Part shown: positions 12,001 through 21,052 of the stretch, piece after piece
Layout of the letters: each line of letters opens with the position of its first letter
Position numbering within the stretch: the first letter of the stretch is position 1
From: a virus
Strand: one strand, 5' to 3'
Virus record (IMG/VR): IMGVR_UViG_3300034198_015569
Span: 1 to 64,000 of that record
Length of the DNA: 64,000 bases
Program-made: the position numbers and the translations under genes
Notes under the pieces: generated by a model
Seen by the model: only the letters and a program-made list of their open reading frames with translations
What the model was told of the DNA's origin: nothing
The model's database searches: none

Positions 12001-13642
12001 ATGAAGGATATGGGGCTTCAATATTCGCAAGTCCAGTTCCAGAAATTTCGTTATTGTAACCTTCCTGTCTAATTCTAATCTTCTGGTTAGTGTTTAGAGT
12101 TACGTTTCCAAGAAGATTTGAAATTTCAATTCGGCTATCATAAAGCTTACCAATGTCGATATGATAAGTTGTATCGATATTTCCACGGAATACCGTAGAC
12201 ATTACTTGCATGTTTGAGACTCTGACGTTATCAGAACCGTAAATTCTAAGCATTCTGCTGCTAATTACTGTAATGTCTCTGTAATCGATATAATCAGTAG
12301 CATCTCCTGAATCATCAGGAGCAAAGTATACAGTATAAGGATCAAACGAACCTTGTGTTTCAGAAAAGATATTTTCCATTGTTCCTGAAGCCGATTTTCT
12401 TAAGAAAATCTGTGCATTCATATGAGATGATACAAAATAACAGCTTGTTAGACGGAAATTCTGTGCATACTCTAGAGCCAATAGAACATCTGTTGCTGAA
12501 GAAGTTGATGCTGACAAGAACAAACAGTTATCAAACTGATTTGCACCATTTCCACCAAGACCCGAACCAAAAGTTCCATATTTAGGAGTTAACGCCCAAT
12601 CGGAATTGTTCATCGCCATAACACAACCGTGTCCGGTTAGTGGGAACATTAAGCAATCAGAGAAATTGTTTACTTCACTTGATAAGAAGAATGCGCCAGC
12701 TTTAGTAAATCTACCTAGAACAAATACATCTCTAAAGATATGATTTCCTGATGAATTATTTCCTGTAGTTCTTCCTCCCATGAAACCATATTGAGGAAGA
12801 GAAGATGTTCTTGTGGAAACAACTGAAAATCCTTTGAAGTACATATAGTTTGAATCAATTAATTCAAAGAATCCATAGCTAATTTCGCCGCCGATAAAGC
12901 GAGTAGAACCAGAACCATCACCAATAATTTTCATTCTTTTACTATATAGAGATGGTAAATTAGCGCCAATACCAGAATTGAATCCATTCATGTTAATTGT
13001 AGTACCAATGACATAATCGCCAGCAGGCACATATAGAGTATCACCATTCAAGAATGCTACGTTTATAGCAATTTGAATAGCAGTACTGTCATCAGTCGTT
13101 CCGTCACCAGTTGCGCCGAACCATCTAGCATTCATGTCTCCTGTGAATACTCTAACCCATGCTCCAGAAGATGACGCAGTAGAATCCGCTTTAATATAAA
13201 TGCCTTCTTGAGTATCGGCTGTTACTTGAGAAGAATAATTTCCAGCTTTCCAAGCAAAAAAGCCTTCTCTTCCAGCTTCGCTCAAATAAACTCTACCGAC
13301 AGAAGTTGCAGCAGCTTTTAATGCAGTTCTTGTTGTATATACTTGTCCTGGAATTGCAGCTTGAACAAATGCAGTTGTTGCTAATTGAGTTGTATTAGCT
13401 CCAACAGAAGCAGTTGGACCTGTTGGAGTTCCAGTAAAATCAGGAGAAGAAAGGTTTGCTTTTAGTAAAAGTGCATCTTCTAATCCTACCACATTGGACA
13501 TTTCTACCGGCCCTGTAAGACCAAAAGAACCATTTGCTGTAACTATACTACCATTTGCTGTAACTGCAATAAGTTTTGCAATACTGTCTAAATCAACAAT
13601 ATTTAAATTATTAATATAAGTATCGAATCTTTGTGTTGCCAT
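9017..13642 (-). CDS. tail fibre/tailspike with two pectate-lyase-like beta-helix modules
   Basis: Two FTGTPT.PTA..G.NTTQLATTAFVQ fibre repeats, each followed by GA.G.(G/N)..D.(T/S).A(I/F)Q.A beta-helix starts; central LamG-like segment. Confidence 0.85.
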   Translation of the reverse strand: MATQRFDTYINNLNIVDLDSIAKLIAVTANGSIVTANGSFGLTGPVEMSNVVGLEDALLLKANLSSPDFTGTPTGPTASVGANTTQLATTAFVQAAIPGQVYTTRTALKAAATSVGRVYLSEAGREGFFAWKAGNYSSQVTADTQEGIYIKADSTASSSGAWVRVFTGDMNARWFGATGDGTTDDSTAIQIAINVAFLNGDTLYVPAGDYVIGTTINMNGFNSGIGANLPSLYSKRMKIIGDGSGSTRFIGGEISYGFFELIDSNYMYFKGFSVVSTRTSSLPQYGFMGGRTTGNNSSGNHIFRDVFVLGRFTKAGAFFLSSEVNNFSDCLMFPLTGHGCVMAMNNSDWALTPKYGTFGSGLGGNGANQFDNCLFLSASTSSATDVLLALEYAQNFRLTSCYFVSSHMNAQIFLRKSASGTMENIFSETQGSFDPYTVYFAPDDSGDATDYIDYRDITVISSRMLRIYGSDNVRVSNMQVMSTVFRGNIDTTYHIDIGKLYDSRIEISNLLGNVTLNTNQKIRIRQEGYNNEISGTGLANIEAPYPSLNAFRLVENDKMALASAYNQGGILTNTTSNYSGVTATLLSGNVPGTNDFSMYVDFICPNTTDSNIRMVCGLGGATTNLGGTNTFSVYVSNGNLYIRSLGPTSAGENTFRCSDSGFVAKFANKRVKLLIVRTGSTPIVYINGYQVKIEQSFTAGGRLWTDTIAGNIVMIGFQGFATTSTLATHYFAAGLFNYALSQSAANALTTTGLSIAENWGTVFGGGTDGCIGWWDFEAGGGTTIFDQSVHAQTATISGNAVRKQNGIRRNQYRTNAGSPAGSLTPAYIGEYCLNTSNNVWYKSIGLTNTSWVGLAPLVDPAFTGTPTAPTATTGTNTTQLATTAFVQSEIVSGKIPTYVSVATAQAATIAATVKTIETQYYAPVFTTATTLVGGGKYVRMSKSVIDSGGYPALSYFRSTDRFMPDGSTDSTNGGYWVLFVEEPCVTQLGAIGNNSTDCSAAFQAATFFKSFKIPAGNFLVNSSITLPSKTKVKGSGVDVTFITSGVVGNSLFKTQVDTTFICISDMTLLGNSLTGVSGNGHAINFVDPVSSGGTFSPQQAVIERLRITGFKGQDIRQTDVATTIMSAGIICYNTLQNVFRDIYISECGHGFYMERAQNCRIDNCAVAGATKFALVAYNNENLIVENCDLVNSADGTADTGYPSTSFSWGSAILLDYGNDSFIFRNNKIKSNYAGSALIRAFNSRGSVYDSNWIRPDAVTDVTHKGMYLQETFGTKIINNEFYPAYTGFTTKKYEMIEVYNTQSAATMLIEIAGNFFGDVAGMSVAYNIKLNGNSNSRTIQAIIEKNQFGFTSSSSSAGTVDADIVIASCSLQSSIIGNNLHVAGTNITRTVCVTASSYTMTDTYIGPSRFIANGGTLTAQYSGIADNNGVAVYALKSATIANTHTATFSYSSGLHLDRIVPFNVAANTNVTLPGTSSVGSRFKLYQQNTGSAVFVASGGAILKSLNSYTKSAGTDAVVEAFVVSNAAGNNAVWVVSGNLIS
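10982..13444 (-). repeat. 84-bp intragenic direct repeat pair (13361-13444 and 10982-11065)
   Basis: Encode PDFTGTPTGPTASVGANTTQLATTAFVQ and PAFTGTPTAPTATTGTNTTQLATTAFVQ. Confidence 0.85.
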
Positions 13643-13645
13643 ATA

Positions 13646-13879
13646 TTATACAATTCCTATTATATTTGATGCTGATGTAGCAGGTAAAATTTTCTTAGCT
13701 CTAATCATTAAATAAAATCCAGATGGGACAGTAAAAGTCAATTCTGTCCCATCTAATGTTTCGAGTACAACATCACCAGAGCCACCGATAAAGAAAAATT
13801 TAGGAATGACTGTTAAAGGTGTATTGCTTGGTGTAATATTAAATCCGTCACGACCGGCGGCTCCAATTGCTGAAAGCAT
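13646..13879 (-). CDS. small virion/tail-associated protein
   Basis: ITPS.T.L..IP..FIGGSGDV...TFTVPSG..L.IRAKKI..TSASNIIGIV, a small beta-rich protein type seen next to phage spikes; GGAGA SD. Confidence 0.6.
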   Translation of the reverse strand: MLSAIGAAGRDGFNITPSNTPLTVIPKFFFIGGSGDVVLETLDGTELTFTVPSGFYLMIRAKKILPATSASNIIGIV

Positions 13880-13894
13880 TATTATTCTCCTTAA

Positions 13895-16800
13895 TTATGT
13901 AATATTATTTATTTGTTTTGCAAAATCTGTAATTTGCTTTCGCATGGCGTCCATAGTCTCATATGGAATATCTCCATTTGCAGCACTATATGGCGAAAAC
14001 TCTAAATCAATTTGTGACAAAATATTTTCTTTTAGAGTACTTGCACCATTTACACCGTTTTGAACTTGTTGATCTAACCACAAACACCATTTGTGATCAG
14101 CGACGCCCATTGCATATTCAGCAAATCGACCTGTGATATCATCAGGGTCATTCTGAAGAGTTCCATCACTAGAAACACGGACGGGCCATGTCATAAAATC
14201 AGCAATACCAGAATATGGATTAAATGGTAATGATGCATATCCGTTGGAAGAAAACATAGTAAAGTTTTCAAATTCAGACGCCCATAGATAAAACCCAACC
14301 AACCATCTCGTAGGTCCAGAGTTATAAATCCATGGAGTTATATCATTTTCTTTAAAGCTATTTATCGTTTCGCTATTGATCCATCCACCAGCACCAAAGT
14401 TACCATTATTTACTTGACCAATATCAATATATCCTCCGAATGCTGCTATAAAGTTCTCCAAACCGCCCATATCACCACCACACGCAGAAACTGTTTTCAT
14501 TTCTGGTATAACATCATGAATGGCATCACATTGAACACGTACAAGGTCTACCGCAGGAGTAGGAATGTAATTAATATTTACGTCTACTTTAACAGGCATT
14601 TCATCAACTAATGCAACATACGGAACCATAGGATATATTGATGTATTAGATTTAATAACATCAATAATATCGGTCTTAATACGCAGCATTGAAGACTTAG
14701 CCTCTTCGGTCATACGATTTAGAAGCCATTTTCTTTGTTGATCAAAATCAATATATGTGGTAGCTCCGGGAGTGCCATCTCCATTACGTATCCAATCATA
14801 ATCATCCATTCGATAAAATAACCAAATTTCATCGCCCGGATTAAATACAGCAGATGGATCAAGATTCATAAGATCATTTTTTTCATTATTCCCCGTTGGA
14901 CCTTCATTACCTATAGTATATGGAATATCTACATATGTAGTTCCGTTAACAGAAGCCCAAAGCATATAATTTCTAAACCAAAGAACAGAATCATCGGTTT
15001 CAGGATCAATAAATTTTAAAGTATCCGTAGGATCAGTAATATTTAATTGTGATCTATAATATTCGTGGACAGCTTCTCTCGAAAAAGTATTTCCAGCACC
15101 AAGCATTGTTGCAGGAAATTTTGCAACAAGAGTACTCATTGAGGGACTAAAAGTATTTCCCATAGCATTAATAAATGACGGTGCACTTGTAAACGCTTGA
15201 GAAGTTATAAATGATGAAAATTGTTGATATAGAAAATATGGTGTATTGCCCATACCAGCAGTTTTATATTCTCTTAATTCAGCCAAGAATTTATCAATAT
15301 AAGTTGCATATGTTGTTTCACCAGATGGCGCTGACGGATATGCCGTATCAAAGAAAGGAGGAACCGTTGGCACTGCTAGCATATTCATTCCTTGTTTAAC
15401 ATGATTTTCTATTTCACGTTGGCGAACCCTAGTGTAGGTACCATATCCTTGTGTTTGTCCAGGCGCACTGATCCACAATGAATATGGATTATCAAATAAG
15501 TATGAACCTACGCCTTTTGTTACAGTAGGTAAGGAAATAGGAATAACTCTAACTTTAAATTCTTTAGTTACTTCTGCACCATTTATATTCACTGTAATTA
15601 TGCCAGTATACAAACCTCCAGGGGCATTTGCAGGAACATCGATTTGTAAAAAGATGCCTCTAGGAACATTTTTCTTTATATTGAATTTATCAATTTCCCC
15701 TCTCCAATAGGAAAGGGTTCTGGTGCCTGCAACACTCTGTTTTATATTCCATTGTCCCCAACGAACAATAGGTGTTATGGAATTTGAACCGGAAGTTAAA
15801 TTGGAGACAGAAAGAGTTGATTCTGGCGCATCTTCGCCCGATAAACAAATAAACTCAATATGTTCAGTTACTCCTCTAGCAACAACATGTTCAATAGGAG
15901 TTATATCGTTATAATGATTTTCAAATGCTTTAGAATCTTTAACTTCACTCTGGAAACTAATTTCTATGATTTTATATTCACCAGTTGTTAACGTTCTCCA
16001 AGGATAATCACCCCAATCAATAATAGTATGGGTAGTATTAAATTGGCTCTTTCTAGAACCAAAGTATTTCACTTTATCTGTCAAATCTTCGATAGGATTG
16101 ATCATTAATCCTACCATTTCAGTGGCCCATTGAGTATCAGCATTATTTACTGTTACTTGTAATAGATTTGTATTTGAAACTACAATATTATTAGCGGTAA
16201 TAGGATTTCCTAAAGTATGACCATATGTATCCCATGGGTTATCATTATCAGAGAAATATTCAACTTCTCTTGATTGCATTTTTCTTTCGTTCATCCAATC
16301 ATGCAGACGATTTTGATAATTCATATCTTCAATCGTTACTCCATTAACAACGGTAGTTCTTCTTAATGTGCGAGACCAATTTCCGTATTCATTAATCCAT
16401 TCATTCCATAATACAATATCATATGTTCCGGGATCGATATTTTTAGCAGTAAATCTTTTAACATATCGCAATGCAATATTATTAAAAGCGTCAGCGGCGA
16501 GCAATTGAGTTGCACCAGATTGTAATGGCACTATCTGAGAACCATTAATGGGAGACGTAGAATATGTATTAAGATACCAAGAATTATTTGCAGAATTCGT
16601 ATCAGAACTCACAACAGTATTGAAACCGGATGCGGCAGGCGCATCTCCAAAATGCCAACCTTGAGCTTTAGCAACTTTAAATTGAAACCCTTGTAATATA
16701 TTAAAATATTTGTATAGTATATTTCCTCCCGAATTAGCAATTATACGAGATATTTTGGTTATATCCATAAATCGGCCTGGATTATAAGCATTTTTATTGC

Positions 16801-19639
16801 TATGTAATCCATCTAACTGAATTTGTTTAACAAATGGACCTGGGGGAACATTTGGGTCTTCAAGATCGTAACGATTATAATACCCATTTCCAGCAGAATA
16901 AGCATCATCTATACGAAGATACCAATTTGTTGTTTTACCAGATAGATTTTCTGCAACTACGTTTACATAAAATCCTTTATTTGCAGGAACATTCAAATAA
17001 TTGAAATTAAATTCCAAACTTTCAGTAGAAGTAACTAAAGTTGGTTGACTTATTAAAGTAAATCTTGCAATTCGAAAATCTAATCTCTCTAAATTTATAG
17101 AAGAGCCAGATAATTGCTCAATTGTGACACTATTAATATTTGCAGAATCAAAAACTTCGCCATTTGATTTAATTAAATCTTTAACATTTATTTCATCTGA
17201 AACAGTGTTATTATTTGCTTGCAAAGTAAATATATCACTGTCAAACACCGCAGACGTGGCAGAACCATCAAAAAACGTAAATCTAAGTTGACCAGTAGTA
17301 GTATTAGCTCCCTCTGGTAAAGACACTCTCCAATAAAGATTAGTTACATCTGGCAATTCAAATGATGGTGCTAATGAATATGTTTGTTCCGTATTTAGGG
17401 ATACAGGTTGATATACTAATACTTTATTTTCTTGTTTAAAATATAGTTGTTTAAGTTTTATAGTGTTTTCAATAGCTCCCTGTGGTTGAATTAATACTTG
17501 ATTTAATTCAATCGGATTTAGGTATCTACCAGCATATGTTCTATCATTATCTAATGTAAACTTAATCTTAAAATCAGTTGACAGCGTTAATGGTTTTTGA
17601 AATGTAAGCTTTCCTCCACCAACTGTGGAAAGAGTATCCCATAATTCAGAATAGATTTTAGGAGTTGCTATGCCTAATCGCATAACATCTCTGTGGTCTC
17701 CATCAACAGCCTGATATATTGCATTTGGTTTGCGTGGGTCTGCTATTTGTTTCCAAGAATATTCAGCTTCAGGAAGAAACCATGCTTGAGCAAGTTTTGC
17801 GGATGCAGTATCTGTTTTAGGATTTCCTGCAACTATTCCTGTAATTTCTTCTTCCGTTAAAGCATCAGAATATAGTCTGAATTCTGGTAATGAAGCATGA
17901 GCTATACGACTAATCGCACCGTAAAACCCATCTGCTCCAAGAATAACCTGGGAAGCGGCTCCAGTGTGAGCCAACCACAACGAATCGTCTCTTTCTCCCA
18001 TATATGGTTGTGTTTGATTTTGCCACTGCGACCACCCTACAAGATATGGACCACCCTCATCTAATATATAAAGTTTAATATCAGCACGCTTAATACCATT
18101 TTCGTCAACGGTTGCTTCAGACGAACTAAAGTTTATTAAGAATTGATATTCTGTATTTGCTTTTAATCTCCAATTTTCACCATATTTTCCATTATCAGGA
18201 GGCGTATCCATAATGGCAATATCTGTAGAATCTACTACTATATTTCCTGTATTGGATACATATACATGTGGAGAATTCCAAGTTTCGAAGTTTGGCTGTT
18301 TAATAGCAATAGAAGGATACCCTCCATTGATTTCTAAAGCGCCATCCCAAGGATATGGATAACCAACAAAAGGACCAGATAAACTTGCTAAAGTAAGATT
18401 TGGAACTTCCGAATAAAAAGCACCATCTAAGAAATGCGGATCATAAATCTTAGCTCTTATATACATAGCAAAAGGATAGTTTAATTTGGAGTTCCATCTA
18501 TTATCAGCATACAAATATTTTAAAGCACTTTCAGTATATACTGTAGCATTTAAAGAATAACCTTCACCAAATTTATCAGTAATAGTTGTAAACTGCCCAT
18601 CTGAACTAATTACACTTCCAACAGGATCATTATAATACCATTTATCTTCAAGATAATATATATCCTTTAAATTTTCATTTTTTACAAATCTAACTGTTTT
18701 TATAGACATTTTGATTTTAGCAGTTGGCTTTTCAGAATTATCAGTAGGAGAGGCAGCTAAAGTAATATTAACTATTTCCCCTGGCTTAAATTCTCCTACT
18801 CTAGTCAAACCACTTTCCGTGTCAAAATTAGGCCATTCGAATGTTGTTAAATCTTCGGGGGGCGTAAATGATGGCGCTTCGGATGGATTAGTAAATTCAT
18901 CCGAATTTGTAGCATCTACATATACATTTTTGCTACGTCTAGTCATAGAACTAAGAGGAATTTTAAAAGAAAATCCTCCTGGCTTCATGTTAGATAATGA
19001 AGTAGTAAAAGCAGTATAGTATTTTCCTGTTAAATTCCAATTTGGAGAAACCCAAATATATCCTTTTTTAGAATGTGTATCCGATACCGTCAAATCAATA
19101 ACACATGTTTGATCAGGTTCGTAAAACCATGAAGTTTCACTTTCTATGTCATCATGTTCAATAGTTCCTTCAATATACAATTCTCCAATTTCATAATCAG
19201 GGAAAAATGTTGAAAAATGCTGAACTACATTATTTCCTGATAATGAAGGAACGGCGGATGTTCTATCTGTAACTATCTTAGTATTAGCATTAACGCTTGA
19301 ATAATTCAAAGCTTCATTATAAGTTTCCCAACGAAGACTTTGTGTCATTTTCATAGTTTCTACATTAGAAAAATATACAGATGTTTGAGTAGGAGTAGTA
19401 TTTTGAGAAGCCCACGGCCATGCCCACATATAATAATTAGTGTCTCTATATTCATCATCAGATTTTATATAAGACATAATAGGAGTCGCATCACGACCTT
19501 GCCATGAGCGAGTATTTTCATAAAAATAACTTCTCAATGGAGGAAATGCCATTTGATAATAGTCTTTAACTAAATAAAGGCCATCATCTTCTTCTTGTAG
19601 TGGACGAAGATTAATAGATTTGGAATAAAATTTTGTCAT
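13895..19639 (-). CDS. large virion protein, 1914 aa, with lectin-like and putative glycoside-hydrolase-like C-terminal region
   Basis: In late structural operon; IDVPANAPGGLYTGIITV..VRVIPISLP Ig-like segment followed by a putative TIM-barrel (DEMP, PWIYN, GFYLW). Confidence 0.55.
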   Translation of the reverse strand: MTKFYSKSINLRPLQEEDDGLYLVKDYYQMAFPPLRSYFYENTRSWQGRDATPIMSYIKSDDEYRDTNYYMWAWPWASQNTTPTQTSVYFSNVETMKMTQSLRWETYNEALNYSSVNANTKIVTDRTSAVPSLSGNNVVQHFSTFFPDYEIGELYIEGTIEHDDIESETSWFYEPDQTCVIDLTVSDTHSKKGYIWVSPNWNLTGKYYTAFTTSLSNMKPGGFSFKIPLSSMTRRSKNVYVDATNSDEFTNPSEAPSFTPPEDLTTFEWPNFDTESGLTRVGEFKPGEIVNITLAASPTDNSEKPTAKIKMSIKTVRFVKNENLKDIYYLEDKWYYNDPVGSVISSDGQFTTITDKFGEGYSLNATVYTESALKYLYADNRWNSKLNYPFAMYIRAKIYDPHFLDGAFYSEVPNLTLASLSGPFVGYPYPWDGALEINGGYPSIAIKQPNFETWNSPHVYVSNTGNIVVDSTDIAIMDTPPDNGKYGENWRLKANTEYQFLINFSSSEATVDENGIKRADIKLYILDEGGPYLVGWSQWQNQTQPYMGERDDSLWLAHTGAASQVILGADGFYGAISRIAHASLPEFRLYSDALTEEEITGIVAGNPKTDTASAKLAQAWFLPEAEYSWKQIADPRKPNAIYQAVDGDHRDVMRLGIATPKIYSELWDTLSTVGGGKLTFQKPLTLSTDFKIKFTLDNDRTYAGRYLNPIELNQVLIQPQGAIENTIKLKQLYFKQENKVLVYQPVSLNTEQTYSLAPSFELPDVTNLYWRVSLPEGANTTTGQLRFTFFDGSATSAVFDSDIFTLQANNNTVSDEINVKDLIKSNGEVFDSANINSVTIEQLSGSSINLERLDFRIARFTLISQPTLVTSTESLEFNFNYLNVPANKGFYVNVVAENLSGKTTNWYLRIDDAYSAGNGYYNRYDLEDPNVPPGPFVKQIQLDGLHSNKNAYNPGRFMDITKISRIIANSGGNILYKYFNILQGFQFKVAKAQGWHFGDAPAASGFNTVVSSDTNSANNSWYLNTYSTSPINGSQIVPLQSGATQLLAADAFNNIALRYVKRFTAKNIDPGTYDIVLWNEWINEYGNWSRTLRRTTVVNGVTIEDMNYQNRLHDWMNERKMQSREVEYFSDNDNPWDTYGHTLGNPITANNIVVSNTNLLQVTVNNADTQWATEMVGLMINPIEDLTDKVKYFGSRKSQFNTTHTIIDWGDYPWRTLTTGEYKIIEISFQSEVKDSKAFENHYNDITPIEHVVARGVTEHIEFICLSGEDAPESTLSVSNLTSGSNSITPIVRWGQWNIKQSVAGTRTLSYWRGEIDKFNIKKNVPRGIFLQIDVPANAPGGLYTGIITVNINGAEVTKEFKVRVIPISLPTVTKGVGSYLFDNPYSLWISAPGQTQGYGTYTRVRQREIENHVKQGMNMLAVPTVPPFFDTAYPSAPSGETTYATYIDKFLAELREYKTAGMGNTPYFLYQQFSSFITSQAFTSAPSFINAMGNTFSPSMSTLVAKFPATMLGAGNTFSREAVHEYYRSQLNITDPTDTLKFIDPETDDSVLWFRNYMLWASVNGTTYVDIPYTIGNEGPTGNNEKNDLMNLDPSAVFNPGDEIWLFYRMDDYDWIRNGDGTPGATTYIDFDQQRKWLLNRMTEEAKSSMLRIKTDIIDVIKSNTSIYPMVPYVALVDEMPVKVDVNINYIPTPAVDLVRVQCDAIHDVIPEMKTVSACGGDMGGLENFIAAFGGYIDIGQVNNGNFGAGGWINSETINSFKENDITPWIYNSGPTRWLVGFYLWASEFENFTMFSSNGYASLPFNPYSGIADFMTWPVRVSSDGTLQNDPDDITGRFAEYAMGVADHKWCLWLDQQVQNGVNGASTLKENILSQIDLEFSPYSAANGDIPYETMDAMRKQITDFAKQINNIT

Positions 19640-20940
19640 TTAATAATCTTAAAGTTAACCGTTGCTGATGTAATAGTAGAAGAAGATACAACTTGAATTC
19701 GTAATATATCATTTTCAGTAAAAGTTGTATTCCATCCTGAAAAATTTGAAATAATTCTAGAATTAGTATTTGCCAATACAACATTTGAAGGAGTAATAGA
19801 TACAGTTGGAGGATATCCACTTTCTGTTGCTTTATAGAATTGAAGAGTTACAGAACCAACCGTATCACAAAAAATTGAAACTCGTTCTAACGTTCCCGAA
19901 GCTGGAATTTGATAATCTCCCCAAAATCCTGTAGCCATAGGTTTAATTAAGGCAGATATTACATATTTATCTGAATCTAGAGGAGAAGGTTCTTCTTTAA
20001 ATCTTAATGCTCCAAAAACATTAGACCCATCATCACACCAAAAATCAATAACATCCGTGCCGTTTACAGATAAAGTAGGAGTAATTCCATTTTCAAATAC
20101 TACATCTCCCCAAGCAAAAGTTGCCTGTCCACCATTAGTTACTTTAAGTGTCCAGTGCGCATCATAACCTTCTTGTTGTCCTACAAAAATAGGAGTAATA
20201 ACAGCACCAGTTCCTGCAATACCTTGTAAAGTAGTAAACTCTCGACAATCAAGAGTTATAGACCCTATCATTGGTCCTACTAAGTTATATACCTTTTCTT
20301 TAAATTGTGCAGCTTTAGGAGAAGTTTTATCAACAAAAAAGATTTCTTTATCGCCAGTACCAGTATTATACTTATATGAAATTTTTCCATCTGTTCCATC
20401 ACCATATCTCCAAAAAATTTCGCCGGGAGTAACAAACGATGGGAGGGTAGAATTTGCACTTGTAATTTCAATTAATTCTCCCCCCAAATATTTAGTTGTG
20501 GAGTTCAGCATAACTGTGCTATGGTCGGCGGATGGGATATTTGTAATATCAGACCAAACAACAACGCTATTAGCATTAAGAGAAAGATATTTGCCCTGAT
20601 TGTTAGAAGCTGAAGGTAACGTGCTATCGATTTGGTCAAAGGTGCGAAGCGGCACTCTTCTGATTTGAGTGTTTGATACTTTTATGTAAATAAAATTGGT
20701 GTCATAGAAAAATTTACCCTTAGTCACTCCAGTTGGATTAGAGTTAGCGGGCGTATACGAATTTGTAATGACTAATCCATTAGAATCAATCCTTAAATTG
20801 TTCACATTTGCAAAAAGATTATTTTTGGTTGTGACAAATAATGTATTAGAAGATACCACAAGAATTTGATCTGTTCCGACCAAACCAGATTTAAGGGGCA
20901 CTTCCGATCTGTCATTTAAATTGATAAAATTGTTAGCCAT
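19636..20940 (-). CDS. virion structural/tail-associated protein
   Basis: First gene after a late promoter; TPANSNPTGVTKGKFFYDTNFIYI and TPTLS..GTDVIDF motifs of phage fibre proteins. Confidence 0.65.
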   Translation of the reverse strand: MANNFINLNDRSEVPLKSGLVGTDQILVVSSNTLFVTTKNNLFANVNNLRIDSNGLVITNSYTPANSNPTGVTKGKFFYDTNFIYIKVSNTQIRRVPLRTFDQIDSTLPSASNNQGKYLSLNANSVVVWSDITNIPSADHSTVMLNSTTKYLGGELIEITSANSTLPSFVTPGEIFWRYGDGTDGKISYKYNTGTGDKEIFFVDKTSPKAAQFKEKVYNLVGPMIGSITLDCREFTTLQGIAGTGAVITPIFVGQQEGYDAHWTLKVTNGGQATFAWGDVVFENGITPTLSVNGTDVIDFWCDDGSNVFGALRFKEEPSPLDSDKYVISALIKPMATGFWGDYQIPASGTLERVSIFCDTVGSVTLQFYKATESGYPPTVSITPSNVVLANTNSRIISNFSGWNTTFTENDILRIQVVSSSTITSATVNFKIIK

Positions 20941-20973
20941 TAGTCTCTCTTATTATTTTTGGAATTCCTCTTT

Positions 20974-21012
20974 TATTTATATGCTTGACAAATGAGTTTC
21001 ATTCCGTATAAT
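20974..21012. promoter_or_regulatory. divergent promoters: late TATAAATA (- strand, 20974-20981) and sigma70-like (+ strand, TTGACA 20985...TATAAT 21007)
   Basis: Sequence motifs at the strand switch. Confidence 0.7.
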
Positions 21013-21052
21013 TGACCAGAGGGAACAAACAAAAAATGAATATAGGCGAAAG

